Shown here in pieces: positions 39,330 through 51,561 of a stretch of 64,000 bases of DNA. Positions within the stretch are counted from its first letter, which is position 1, and every line of letters starts with the position of its first letter. The DNA comes from Vicugna vicugna (taxonomy: Eukaryota). The translations under genes were made by a program, and so were the position numbers. The DNA lies in NCBI GenBank assembly GCA_013265495.1, contig MU058213.1, positions 6,221,149 through 6,285,148 on the forward strand, in the 5' to 3' direction. The notes under the pieces were generated by a model that saw only the letters and a program-made list of their open reading frames with translations, was not told the origin of the DNA and made no database searches.

Positions 39330-39876
39330 CAGTGGACCTTCAGCAACTCGGGGGTGAAGGGTGCTGACCCCTGCACAGTGGAAAATCCACGTGTAACTTT
39401 TGACTCCCCCAAAACAACTGCCAGTAGCCTGCTGTTGCCTGGAAGCCTTACTATAACATAAGCAGCTGACTATCATCGGCTGCAAAATTATTACAGTAGT
39501 TCAGCGTGTACTACAGTCAGTTTCATGCAGTTATGATTTAATACAGCATCTTTACATTGGTTACATTTCTCTCACGGGCAAATGGCACCAGGTATGGTCT
39601 GTAAGTGCTTATGTGCGTTAAGTTTTGATAAATTTTAACTTTTTGTAATAGATTCGTGTATATTTTATGGTAGTAAATGATAAAATAGACTAGTGTCTAC
39701 ATGTATTTTATGCCTTCGTGACATGTCATTCCCTTAACTTTGATATCTTTAGGCTATGTGGTTCATCTGCAGGTTTTCAAATTGTCACAAATCTCAAAAA
39801 ATTTTTCCAATTTGAAAAAAATCCACATATAAGTGAACCCATGCAGTTCAAACTCATGTTGTTCAAGGGTCAAATA
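39330..39876 (-). mobile_element. Tigger2-derived non-autonomous DNA transposon (Tigger2a-like)
   Basis: TA|CAGTGGACCTTCAGCAAC...GAAAATCCACGTGTAACTTTTGACTCCCCCAAAAC at the left end and AAAAATCCACATATAAGTGAACCCATGCAGTTCAAACTCATGTTGTTCAAGGGTCAA at the right end are the Tigger2 termini. Confidence 0.85.
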
Positions 39877-40059
39877 TCTATTGTACATAACTAAATTTGG
39901 GATAACACAGTCTTATGTAGGTAAATTCCTAAACAAACTTCGAAAAGTCTATCTTTGATTCCCCTTTAGGGTATTTATAAATTAATACCCCAAATTAATA
40001 AACTTATTTCACTTAACATTGTAAGTGCATCTGTCTATCTTTATGGAAATGATGTAGAA

Positions 40060-40248
40060 CAGGGGTCAGAAACTACAGCCTGTAGGTCAAATGGCCCAAT
40101 GCTTGTTTTTATAAATAAAGTTTTACTGGAACACAGCCACACTCATGGCTGATTTCATGTACAATGGCAGAGTTCAGAAGTGGCAACAGAGACTGTATGG
40201 TCTAATAAAATATTTATTAGCTGGCTCTTTACAGAAATTTGTTGACTG
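40060..40248 (+). mobile_element. MER58A-like hAT-Charlie MITE
   Basis: CAGGGGTCAGAAACTACAGCC...TTTTATAAATAAAGTTTTACTGGAACACAGCCAC...TTTACAGAAA; 8-bp TSD ATGTAGAA (40052-40059) / ATATAGAA (40249-40256). Confidence 0.9.
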
Positions 40249-41017
40249 ATATAGAAGGACAAATTGATGAAAATCCCAAAAGCTATGAGTGTAGCCTTGC
40301 ACAGTCCACAACTGTGCTCACTGTATTGTGGAAGCACTGTGGGGAGACTGAAACATCTGGAGAAGTGTCGAGCCTTTCACATCACAACCACCTTTCTCTT
40401 CAAACGTCAATCTACAATTAACAGACATACATCCTTGAACTAAGGGAAGAGCGCTGTTATGTGAAATTAGAGGTCAGCAACATGTCAGAAGGGGAATGCT
40501 TTAAAACCCAGTAATCGCCCTGTATTTTAGGATGAGATGAAGGAGGTGGAAAAATATATATATACAAATGGAAAAAAAAAAAAAGATGGGACAGACTTCC
40601 TCTTCAATGGATTGCAATCAATTTGATTGTCAATGTCAGCCCCAAATTGATTCTTAACGAGAAACTGTATTGACACATCATTCCCCTACGCCCAAAAACA
40701 CTGAGCTGGAAATAAATTTGAGTCCCACCTTGTCAATATGTCATATCTTCCACAATTTGAAATTTATTTAGACTAACAGTCAGTAGCACATTTCTAAAAA
40801 ATTTAAATAATTCTGTTAGAGTTATACCTGTGGTCATTTTTACCTTGATGAGATTTTAATCCAGTTGCTTTTCCCTTTACCTGTAACTCGTTCCAGCTTT
40901 ACAACTCAAATTTCCCAGCCTAATTACTACTTGCAGCTCTGTTTATTACTGAAGGATAAGGGTGATGCTCAAAAGAGATGAAAGGAAACAGAAAAACTAA
41001 TATCAAAGTAAGGATAA

Positions 41018-41110
41018 TATGAAAAAATGCACATATATGTATAACTGAATCACTATGCTGTACACCAGGAACTAACACAACACTGTAAATCACCCATACT
41101 TCAATAAAAG
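41018..41110 (+). mobile_element. Very short L1 3' end
   Basis: ATATATGTATAACTGAATCACTATGCTGTACACCAGGAACTAACACAACACTGTAAATCACCCATACTTCAATAAAA. Confidence 0.85.
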
Positions 41111-42699
41111 ATAATAATAATAATTAATCTTAGGAAACTACAGTGTTTTTTTTTTAAAGTGCCCTACAATTTTGCAGTACTTTAGCTTTTACCTCCTTCA
41201 TTATTTTGAGCCCTCAAAAAACCCTGTGACTGGAAGTAAACATTATTTCCATTTTGCAAAAGAGGAACTGTGTTCTCAGAGAGGTTCAATCACCTGCCTC
41301 AAAGTCACGGGGAAAGAATTCCAAGTCTCCTAATCGCGCTACTTCTCCTGTGAGACCAAGTGCGTGATAGGGTCACGATGTCCAAGAATGCAGACAATTT
41401 AATCGAAATGAATTTTGGGCTTTTCCACAGCTCTTACACACACATTGACCTTCTCAAAATTAAAAGTAAACTCAGTATTTCCAATGATGACTCACAGTTA
41501 GACTGCAACGAGTGAGCACGCTGATCCAGGACTCCCACTACTTGGTTGTCCCTGGGGAGGTGATGTTCATCCTCACTAGGATAGAGATGAATCTGACGGG
41601 CACCAGCAGTCTAGTCACAGGCATTTCAAGTTGCAGTAGTCCCTGTCCCATAAATCCACAGCAGAACTGTCATTAACCTGTCTAATGCCAAAGCCACATA
41701 AACTAAATTTCCCCATCATTTGTGTTACAACGGAACGGAAGAGATTTCAGCAATTGACGTTGTTGGCATTCTACTGAATGCAGCCAGTCTGATTGGCAGG
41801 ACTGGCTCCATATTGTGTCTTAATCAGGTGTTTCCCATTATGTAAACAAATCTAGCCATAACCTGCAACTGTACCCCCCCCCAAAAAAAAAGAGTTGAGC
41901 TGGGCAGAAATATGAGTCATCAAATTCTTCTTTCCTCTCCATGATGCCTTGACGGTCTTATTTACCTGCACTGGCCATACATACATAGCCTTGATAGCTC
42001 GTTGTTGTATGCTAAACACAACCTAGGTATAATCTACTAAGAAATGTCACATTTCTTTTAAATTCTGAAGTCCTATTTTCCGATTCCACATCTTGCTTTT
42101 CACATTTCTGCTTTAACTATCCAGCTTCCCAACCATCTACTTTCTAATATACTGCATCCACTGACCAATTTTCTACACTAAGACTTCCTGCAACCTCCCA
42201 CATCCCACCACACACACCAGACCTATTTCCCACTGGCGGCGTGTCCTTCCTCTGAGCCATCTGATCCCTCACTTCCTTGTAGAGGTACTCTCTTCCTGCC
42301 TTGATGTCGGCCTCTAGTTTTTCTTACTTTTTTTTCTTTATGCCTATAACGTTAGTAGTTGAAAGTCTAACCACAAGAATGAGTTGAGTAAGTACCTTTA
42401 GAGCTTTCACCACGTATCTAAGTAAACACTTTGGAACCCACATATCCTCATAGAAAAAGAGCTACATTTTCCTCCTCTTAAATCCCCTGGATGTATGCCT
42501 GAGGTGATGGTGAAGAGAAAAAAGGTAAGGCTTCTTGACTTAAGAGATCAATTACATTCATCAGTTAACTGTATGATGGAGAATATGAAAGAAATCTAAA
42601 GAGTCTCTTGTCCTCAGAATTTTTGTGAGCTTACAGGAAGTTAGTTTTAAGTGACCTGGAATCATCCTCCAATAATTCTAAAATGTTACCTTACTTTCA

Positions 42700-42940
42700 C
42701 AGCTGTCTACTGTTTATACCCCTGGTAATCACGTAAATAGGCAAAACCTTTCTGGAGGTCAATTATGGAGCTTCTAAAACAAAGTGTCATAGGCATGAAT
42801 CAGCAAATCCTGCCTCACAGAATCTACCCGGCAGGAATATTAGCAGGAGTGATTAACAAAAATGGAACTCATCTTAATGGGCACCAACACTGGGGTATCT
42901 TGGAGTAGCAGACAACAGAAGCAACGTGAAGACAAAGTGG
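42700..42940 (+). mobile_element. Old L1M ORF2 3' fragment
   Basis: GTAAATAGGCAAAACCTTTCTGGAGGTCAATT...TCAGCAAATCCTGCCTCACAGAATCTACCC resembles the L1 ORF2 C-terminal region; very diverged. Confidence 0.45.
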
Positions 42941-43194
42941 TGGTTGATGGTGGCACCCAAGACACAGTATAACGATGTGGTGCTTGGGTGGAGAAAGGAG
43001 GCCTTCACTCCATCCACGTCATAAATAAACAACAACCACATGAAGACTGGAGTCTGGTGGGATTTCCCCTATACTTCTTAGCTTTGAAAACCAACCAACC
43101 AACCAACCAAACATGAAAAACTACACAAAATGCAGCTGATTAGGTGAACTGTTTATTCTTGCAACTGCTCCCAGAATGTCTTTTCTACTTGGCT

Positions 43195-43330
43195 TTTCAT
43201 TCATCCATTCATTCATTCAAAAAAACTCAACTTCTCTACACTGGACATTGCACTAAGATCTGGAGAAAAAGTGATAAACAAGACAGACCCTCTGCCTCCC
43301 CTACTGGGGCCCGCAGTGTGGCGGGACTGT
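43195..43330 (-). mobile_element. L2 3' end
   Basis: TCATTCATCCATTCATTCATTCAA...GACATTGCACTAAG...AAACAAGACAGACCCTCTGCCTCC. Confidence 0.65.
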
Positions 43331-44017
43331 AAGAAGTGGAAGTCGCGTGCAAGGGGACCTTCACACGTCCCAGCTGCCAGCTTCTGTTAGTCTTGCTCAT
43401 TCCTATGATGGACAACGTAATTTCAAATTAGAATAAGGAATCAATGTCTTGGAGCCAACCAATATCAACAGAATGCTATGCTCTTCGAGGTATGACCATT
43501 TTAGACGATTTCTGAGATGAATACAGGACAGCATTTTTTTTTTTTTCCGTTGGCGACAAAGCAGCAGAAACTGCCACCAGGCCCAAAACAGAATCAGATG
43601 GTAGCAATAAAACTGCCACCAACCCCATCCAAATATTCTCTGAAGCCTGCTAGGTCTCCGTGAGCTGACGACACAGAAATCTCTTGGCAGGGGACGGCAG
43701 CCCCTGCTCGTCACACAGCCAGGTCTCTCGGCCCAGTTGGCAGAGTCAAAAATAGAAGGGCGTCTGGGGGAAACTTGCCAGCTTTTTTTTTACACTGACT
43801 ATTAGAATTATTCACTTAGCAGGATGGCACAAATATCTCCATCATTTTGCTCCATCTACCCACACATGTCATCCATGGGTGACACTCTGAGAAGCCTGGA
43901 AGGAAATTACTAAGCAAAGAAAGCTGATTTGCAAAATACACATCCTCATCCCCTCTTTGCTGTAAATATTGCTGAAGAAGTCTTGAGACATGTATTAATA
44001 TACAGGTTTAACCTTCT

Positions 44018-44295
44018 TTCATAGAAAACAAACTTATGGTCACCAAAGGGGAAAGGAGGGGGCGAGATAAATTAGGAGTTTGGGATTAGCAGCTACAAAC
44101 TACTATATATTAAACAGATAAACAACAAGGTCCTCCTGTATAGCACAGGGAACTATATTCAGTATTTTGTAATAACCTATAATGAAAAAGAACCTGAAAA
44201 AGTATACATATATAAATGCATAACTGAATCACCAAGCTGTACCCCAGAAACTAACACAACATTGCAGATCAACAATATTTCAATTAAAAAAACCA
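44018..44295 (+). mobile_element. 5'-truncated cetartiodactyl-type L1 3'UTR
   Basis: CATAGAAAACAAACTTATGGTCACCAAAGGGGAAAG...ATAAATTAGGAGTTTGGGATTAGC...AACAACAAGGTCCT..TGTATAGCACAGGGAACTATATTC...TTCAATTAAAAAA; TSD GTTTAACCTTCT (44006-44017) / GTTTAACCATCT (44296-44307). Confidence 0.92.
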
Positions 44296-46964
44296 GTTTA
44301 ACCATCTGTAATACCTCTTTCTTATAAGCAAAATGTAATGTAATCAAAGAGAATTTTCACGCCACAACGGGTCAAACTGTAAGGGAAAAACAAAGGCCTT
44401 CACGAGGGACGCAAACCTCCTCAGGATAAACTTTATTCGTTCCTTGCATAGCTCGCGGCTTCCTACTTTTCTTGTTAAAGTACAAATTTGATGTTAAAAT
44501 TAAAAAAGGAAAAAGAACAAGATCTGGCACAACTGGGTGGCGGGATGTGCGACCCTCGGTATGTGCGGAACGGGTGGACGAACATCAAAGCCTTTGTTTA
44601 AAAAAATGACTTGAAACCACTTGCAGACACTTTGCTGGCAAGCACGGGCTGCTGCAGTTTGAGACGGGACCTGCCAAATACCGCCAGAATACAAGATTTT
44701 AGGGATTCTGAAAGGAGCAAGTGATGATTCAGTGGCCACATCAGGAGAGCATGTTTTCTGCATCAACAGATCCGGGGTGAATATGAATAATAAAAACACA
44801 CTTGGTTCTGCGTCGAGGGCTGCTTTTCACGGCTGTCCCGTGCACAGGCCACATGGTGCTCAGGGCTGGAAAAGCAGTTGAGACCTGCAGGTTCGCTTCC
44901 AGATCTCTTTGAAGTCTAGCACCTGTTTTTCCTGGCCACTTGGAGGCTAGGATGGACTTGCATTTAAACCGTATTATACTCCATACCCCCCCAAAACAGC
45001 CACTGCTAAGCAGCCTGAGTATTTATTTACTGATAAACACTGGCAGGTATAATATGGGGGGAATAACATATTCAAATGATTCCCCTTAAAAATGGTGGGG
45101 AAAAAACCTTCCACCCTTTGAAACTGCACATGGCCCTAATTTATGGGGAGGAACGTCACAGGTGTCATTTAGAATATACGCAGTGTGGTTTGCACACTTG
45201 TTTCTGATGCCTTCCTGGGTGATAATCTCCTGGCTCTCTGGTGTGGGGGTCTCTCTCATGATGCAAAAGGCTCAGTCCTAGAGTGACTCCCATTTGCTAC
45301 TCCTCTCCCCACTCCACCCAGCAAATACCAAATGCAGAAGAAAATCTTGAAGCTTTTTCCTGGATTAAAAAAACAAAAACTGTTCAGTGTTTTATTTATG
45401 TCATTTTAAATCTAGATCTGGGAATGCCATGACGAGTATCTTTTATTTTTAAAATGTGTTTTTAATAGGATTTGAATTTTGGATATATGCCGGACTGTCT
45501 GGAAAATTCTCTGGAACCTCCAGTAATTCATATAGCACACCTCTAGGAGCCTTCTTGTTTTAAAGCAAATCTGTGCTTATAAAATTCTTCCTTACAATTA
45601 TTAAATTATTTACCACTCACAATGTACTTCCAGATACTTTTTTTGATTTGATTGTTGAACAACTCTAGGAGGTGATTTATTATTATGACTATTATGAACA
45701 CATCCACGTTACAGATGTGAAAACTGATGAAACTGCTCTCAAATCACAAGAGCTGGGACTCAAACCAGGCTCCATGCTACAAATTTCCTCCACTGAATGG
45801 TTTTTAATATAACCAAATCGAGTTTACTAGAGTTAGGAAAATAAAACACACCAAGGCGAGCAATTATGATGAAACCAACTTTATGTGGCAAAGGAGAGCT
45901 GTGTTATCCGTATCAACAAATGGTGAGCGTGATTATGATTTTTCTAAACACGAACATCAGATTCAATTTTTATAATACAAAGCACATGGTTTTAGTCTGC
46001 TCTACTATTTCACAATTGGCAGAAAATAGAGCTTTAGCTTGCAGAACCAGACTTAAAAAAACATGAAGCTACCACAATCTAAAATATCTTGCTCATAAAG
46101 TTCTTATAGGACAAGGTAAAACCTAAGCTTAGAAACATCTTCACTTAAGTAATACGGCAAATAAATCATTTACACACACTCCTTACGTTTCCCCATCCAT
46201 GATGTGGGTAATGCGGTTAAATTACATTCATTTTTTCCTCTCCTACTCAACTGAGAAATGTCGCCCCAGAGTGTAAATTAATCAAACAAAATCCTTCTGA
46301 AGGAAGTAAAGCTTCGTGGTATTTGCAGATTTAGCTACTAGGTGTAGCTAAAGTGGCCCCACGGCAAGAACTGGGTCGTGAGGCAAAGCAAATGGAATGA
46401 AGTCTGGGGGAAGAAAATTAATAGACGTTTTAGGAATTCGATAGCCTCTTCTATTTACATTTGAACTTCTATTTTCACTAACGGGAAATTTTTTTTTTAC
46501 AGTAGCCACGTAAACGAGGTCAGTGTCGAAACTTTCCTTGTGCTTCAAAGAGGTGTTGAAATGTACATTCCTGACTTCCAGATCTGTGCCAAACAAACTT
46601 TTCTTTTTCCACCTGTCGGCCAGTGAGAGGACAGTTACCATCAACCCGTGAAGCACTGATGTGCTAGCAGTCATTGTCTGCTAAATTACGAAGCGGGAAC
46701 TGGGAAACAGAAAATTGCTTCCTCTGTTTTCAGAACCCCTTCCCCAAGCTTGCTTCATTAAACACGGAGCCAGTTTGGCTCCCACCCAACCTGCTGACCA
46801 GGAAAAGACCGTAGAGGAGTCTGAAGCCCCTCTAAGCTGTACTCACTTCCTACTGACAGGAGGAGCCAGGTCCCCCAAAACCCTGTGGCTTCAAATTCAG
46901 GATGCCAAGAAAAAAAGCATGCAGGAGGACCAGAGCCAGGAGTGAAGCTATGAAAATCTGATCA

Positions 46965-47430
46965 GCATTTTCTTCCAGTTATTCCATTATTCACCTCTGT
47001 TTGGTTCTCCTTTCTATTGTCTCTCGGTTGAAATGGTCACTATGTTCACCCTTATTCTCCTGTGCTGGCTGATCATTTTTACAATTATTACCTTGAACTC
47101 GTTCCTGGAGAGATCTCTCATCTCCACTTTGTCTAGTTCTTTTTCTTAGGTTTTGTTTCACCCCATTGTCAGGAACATAGTCCTCTGTCTCCTCATTTTG
47201 CCCGTTTCTGTTTATTTCTGTGTGTTGGGTCAGTCAGTTGCATTTCCGGATCCTGGACAAGTGGCCTTATCGAGGAAACCTCCTATAGGGCCCAGCAGTA
47301 CGTCGCCAGAGCTATATGCACTTGGGGTGCCCCCATACGGAGTGTGTGGGTCCTTCTGTGGGGGCAGGCCACTACTGTGGGTGCACTGGTAGGCGTGGCT
47401 GGCCCCTGGCCAGTTGGATGGGAAGCCTGG
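46965..47430 (-). mobile_element. L1 fragment spanning the 5'UTR end and the start of a decayed ORF1
   Basis: Minus-strand ATG at 47196 reads MRRQRTMFLTMG*NKT*EKELDKVEMRDLSRNEFKVIIVKMI..., similar to laurasiatherian L1 ORF1p N-termini; contains in-frame stops. Confidence 0.75.
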
Positions 47431-48866
47431 GGGCGCAGGGGGCATAGGGGAGTCCTCAGGGCATCAACCACATTTTTAAACAGACACTTAAATAAAGATA
47501 GCACCCTCTTTTAAAAATGCCAATGACATTTTATACATCTTCAACTAGCAATAATGGGCACTAGGCTCTTAATTTCCACTTTACCATTCCTTGCCAGACT
47601 GAAATCTTTCAGGGTCCTCCTCTCTAGTGGGTCTAGTGATTGGTTTTGAATTAACTGTGCTCCACTGTAGATTTTCCATACAATAAGAGACAATGGTTCC
47701 CCTACGACTGGTTCTCTAAAAATGTTCAAATGATTTCCTGGTTCCCAAGTGGAGCCAGAGATTAGAAAGTAACTTGGTTACTTGAGGTGGAAGATCTTTG
47801 ACAAGACCTAGTCTGCGCCGTGGACTTGATATTTCTCAAATCCAGTCCCCTGAAAGCCAGAGTTGTCCAGCCTTCCTTTGACCTCCAGGCCAACGCCTCT
47901 CCCAGCTGCCACTGAAGGGCGGGTCTAGGGACGCTAGGCTCCCTTCCCAGGCATTCCTTATTTTGATTCATCTATTTTTCTCTTTGCCTCTCCAGGCAAC
48001 TTTCTGGTCAACTTCCAGGTTTGCTTTTTCCCTCCTCCACTTCCCTAAATATCCTCACCTGGAAGGAAGTAGCAAATTGAATGTATAACAACCAAAACAA
48101 GAATATGCATACCAGAATTCAGTATATGGAACTTACATTAGTTGAGGGGGAATAAATGTACTTGGACTTGCAAAATCTCTTCTGTCAAAGGAAAAAGGTC
48201 ACTGCTGTGCTCCTCAGAATGAGGAGAGCTCCAAACTCAGCTCCAGGGACATGCAGAAGTGAGGAAAGACGTCTGAGGTGCAAGGTGGAAATACAGGGGG
48301 AGGTGGGCGGGGCAAAACTTCAAGGGGAAACAGGAGGAGGGCGTTTCCTGCCTTCACACCTCACTCGAAGGCCCTCTCTGTTAAGAATTTTTTAAATCTA
48401 GCTTAACGTTAAAATTAAGGAAAGCAAATCTTTCACATAGAACCTGTTTAAGTGGGTTTAGTTCCCTGAAATGCGGTGTTCTTGTTACATTTTCTCAAGA
48501 CAGTCTCATTTCTGTGGACCGTTGGATGGAGGAGGAAAACTGCCCAGACAGGAAAAGGTCAGCCTTGGGGTGGGTCTCTCTATGACCTCACTCACTGCCT
48601 TTTTACTGTGCTGCATCAAATGACAGGAGCCAATACCATTCGTACAATCATGTTTGCAAATAACTGCCCATTTCCTGTTTCATTCTTCAAATTTACTTGG
48701 ACACTTTTAAGTTATAATGAAAAGTAACTTTATAGTGTTTGATTTTTATTTGGGGATAAAAATCAAGAAGGAGGTATTTCAGAAGTCTTAAAAGAACATA
48801 ATATTTAGATCCAATAAATACAAGGCCTGAGAGTAGCTAGTTAAGCAGGCAAGAAGAATCCGTGAT

Positions 48867-48999
48867 GGGGGTGGGTGAAGCTCAGTGGCAGAGCGCACGC
48901 TTAGCACACACCAGGTCTGGGTTCAATCCCCAGCACCTCCTTTATAAATAAATAAATAAACCTAACTCCCTCCCCTTCCCAAAAAGAACAAAAACAAAA
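48867..48999 (+). mobile_element. Vic-1-type SINE, long-tail form
   Basis: GGGGGTGGGTGAAGCTCAGTGGCAGAGCGCACGCTTAGCAC...GGGTTCAATCCCCAGCACCTCC..(TAAA)n CCTAACTCCCTCCCC; TSD GCAAGAAGAATCCGTGA (48849-48865) / GCAAGAAGAACCCATGA (49000-49016). Confidence 0.92.
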
Positions 49000-49119
49000 G
49001 CAAGAAGAACCCATGAAAACTGAAGGACCAAGAATACAAACTTACGTCATTTTTATTTACCAACTCATCCATTTTCATGTTAAAGAGCTATAATCATAGC
49101 TTATAAGATCATTTGAAGA

Positions 49120-50397
49120 ACTATCTTTTTGGATCTTTCTCCTAAGGCAAAAGAAACACAAGCAAATAAACAAATGGGACCTAATTAAACTTAAAAGCTT
49201 TTACACCGCAAAAGAAACCATCCACAAAATGCAAAGACATCCAGACATCCTACTGAACAGGAGAAAGTATTTCCAAATGATATGACCAATAAGGGGTTAA
49301 TATCCAAAATATAAAAACACCTCATACAACTCAATATCAAAAAAAAACCTCAATTAAAAAATAGACAGAAAACCTGAATAGACATTTTCCTAAAAAAGAC
49401 ATACAGATGACAACAGGCACATGAAAAGATGTCCAAAATCACTCATTACCAGAGAAATCTAAATTAAAGCCACAATGAGATATCACCTCACACCTGTCAA
49501 GATGGCTATCGTCAAAAAAGACCACAAATAACAAATGTTGGAGAGAATGTGGAGAAAGGGAACCCTCCTACACTGTTAGTGGGAATTTAAATTGGTGCAA
49601 TCACTATAGAAAATGGTATGGAGGATCCTCAAAAAACTAAAAACAGAACTACCTCATGATCAAACAATTCTACTCCTGGGTATGTATCCAAAGAAAATAA
49701 AAATACCCATTTGAAAAGATACATGTACCCCAATGTTCACAGTAGCATAATTTACAATAGCCAAGAAATGGAACCCACCTAAGTGTCCATCAGCAGATGA
49801 ATGATAAAGAAGATGTGGGTGTGGGTGTGTGTGTGTGTGTGTATATATATATATGTATGTATACATACACACACACACACACACATATATACACACACAT
49901 ATATGCCCACACACACACATACATACATACATATATATACACACACACATATACGCAACGGAAAAAAAAGAATGAAATTTTGCCATTTGCAACTACGTGG
50001 ATGGACCTGGAGGGTATCACACTTAGTGGAATAACGCAGAAAGAGAAAGACAAATACTGTATGCTATCACTTATACGTGGAATCTAACAAATACAACAAA
50101 CAAATGAATATAACAAAACAGAAACAGACACATATAGAGAACAAACTAATGCTCACCTATGGAGACAGGGAAGGAGAAAGAGGCAAGATAGGGACAGAGG
50201 ATTAAGAGGTACAAATCACGATGTATAAAATAAGTAAGCTACAAGGATATATTATACAGCACAGGAAATATAGCCAATACTTTATAATAACTTTCACTGG
50301 AGTATAACCTATAAAATTTTTGAATCACTATGTTGTACACCTGAAACTAATACTATACTATAAATCAACTATACCTAATAATTTTTAATTTTTTTTT
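49120..50397 (+). mobile_element. 5'-truncated L1: ORF2 C-terminal part plus 3'UTR (decayed)
   Basis: AAACAAATGGGACCTAATTAAACTTAAAAGCTT, ACAATGAGATATCACCTCACACCTGTCA, TGTTAGTGGGAATTTAAATTGGTGCA, translated NEILPFATTWMDLEGITLS...KDKYCMLSLI, and a 3'UTR ending TGTACACCTGAAACTAAT...AATCAACTATAC. Confidence 0.95.
49814..49956. repeat. Compound (GT)n/(AT)n/(AC)n microsatellite inside the L1
   Basis: Directly visible: GTGTGT...ATATAT...GTATGTATACATAC...ACACAC... Confidence 0.95.
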
Positions 50398-51393
50398 AAA
50401 GAGGCTTGATTCATTAAGCTGGCGAAAGAGCCACCTTTCCCCCATAGAGAGGGGAATTTAGATCTACGGTGTATTATTAAACGCCTTCAGCCCACTGGAA
50501 GTGCTTTCCCTAAAGCAATCAAGGAAACATTTTTGACTGATTAAAAACGCAGTATTCGGATTTGGTTAAAAAAAAAGTAAGTAAAGCACAGACTTTGCAA
50601 AAGTATAAAGCATAAAAGAGCAAAAGCAAAAAGAACTAGATCTGACTCTGAGCACACACCATTTAGTCTCTCTAAGCCACAGCTTTCTCTTCTGAACAAC
50701 AGAGACAAGAGAATCGCCTTCAACTGGCACGTGTGAGATTAAAGGAGAGAATCCACAAGGGACCCATGGTGCGCACCGGCACACCCTCACTGACTGCTAA
50801 TCCCCACCCCTTCCTGAGGGGGGCGCCAGTCTGACTTCACAAAGTCAAGAAACAGCCTTCCTTACACATGTACCAAACTGTGACCTCAAATATGTAAAGC
50901 CACTCTAGCCTGTTTTTTCACCTAAAAAATGGCGGGAGTGATCTGGATGTCTCCAAAGTCTCTTCCACCTCAAAACTTCCAAAGTGGGTGGCATGTATGT
51001 TTAGGAGTGAAGCGTCTCCAGTTTGCTTTAGGGCCATCCTGGTCGGGTGTTTTTAATCGAGATTAACCCCATAGAAAAAAATTCTACGTCTTTTTTTCTC
51101 TGTTCTGAAACTGTTAGAAAACCTGTGCATCTCTTAAAAGGGTTCTAGAACTCACCAGTAAAACCATCTTCACGTCTAAATTCACTTGTATAAAGAGCCA
51201 CAGTATAGAAATATATCCGACGAAAGAACTAGGATCCTAAATTAAAGTTCCAGGAATTCCCAGTCGCTTCTATTTTAAGGAGTCTCTAGTTGTCATTTTC
51301 ACCTCCCCTTCACTTTCCCAGTCATAACAGAGTGTCTGTTTCATGGACCGATTTTATTTTTAATACACACATTGTTTTCCTAACCTTTCCTTT

Positions 51394-51561
51394 TTTATTT
51401 TTAAATTCCTGAAATATATCCCAGCATTTAATCAATGATTTTTAAAATACATTTTCTATCCCTTACAAATCTTTCTTTTTTTAACTGAAGTACAGTTGAC
51501 TTAAAATATATTAGCTTCAGGTGCACAACATAGTGGTTCAATATTTTTACAGATTATATCC
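51394..51561 (-). mobile_element. Short L1 3' end with probable 3'-transduced segment
   Basis: L1 end AACTGAAGTACAGTTGAC...TTCAGGTGCACAACATAGTGGTTCAATATTTTTACAGATTATA (51483-51561), two T tracts, and TSD TCCTAACCTTTCCTTT (51378-51393) / TCCTAACCTTTTCTTT (51562-51577). Confidence 0.75.

Noticed and set aside
49660..50087. Four overlapping ORFs with VCVC/THTH repeats
   Set aside because: Artefacts of the microsatellite and the surrounding L1 sequence.
50812..50830. CTCF-like GAGGGGGGCGCC
   Set aside because: Has an extra G and a poor 5' half relative to the CTCF core.
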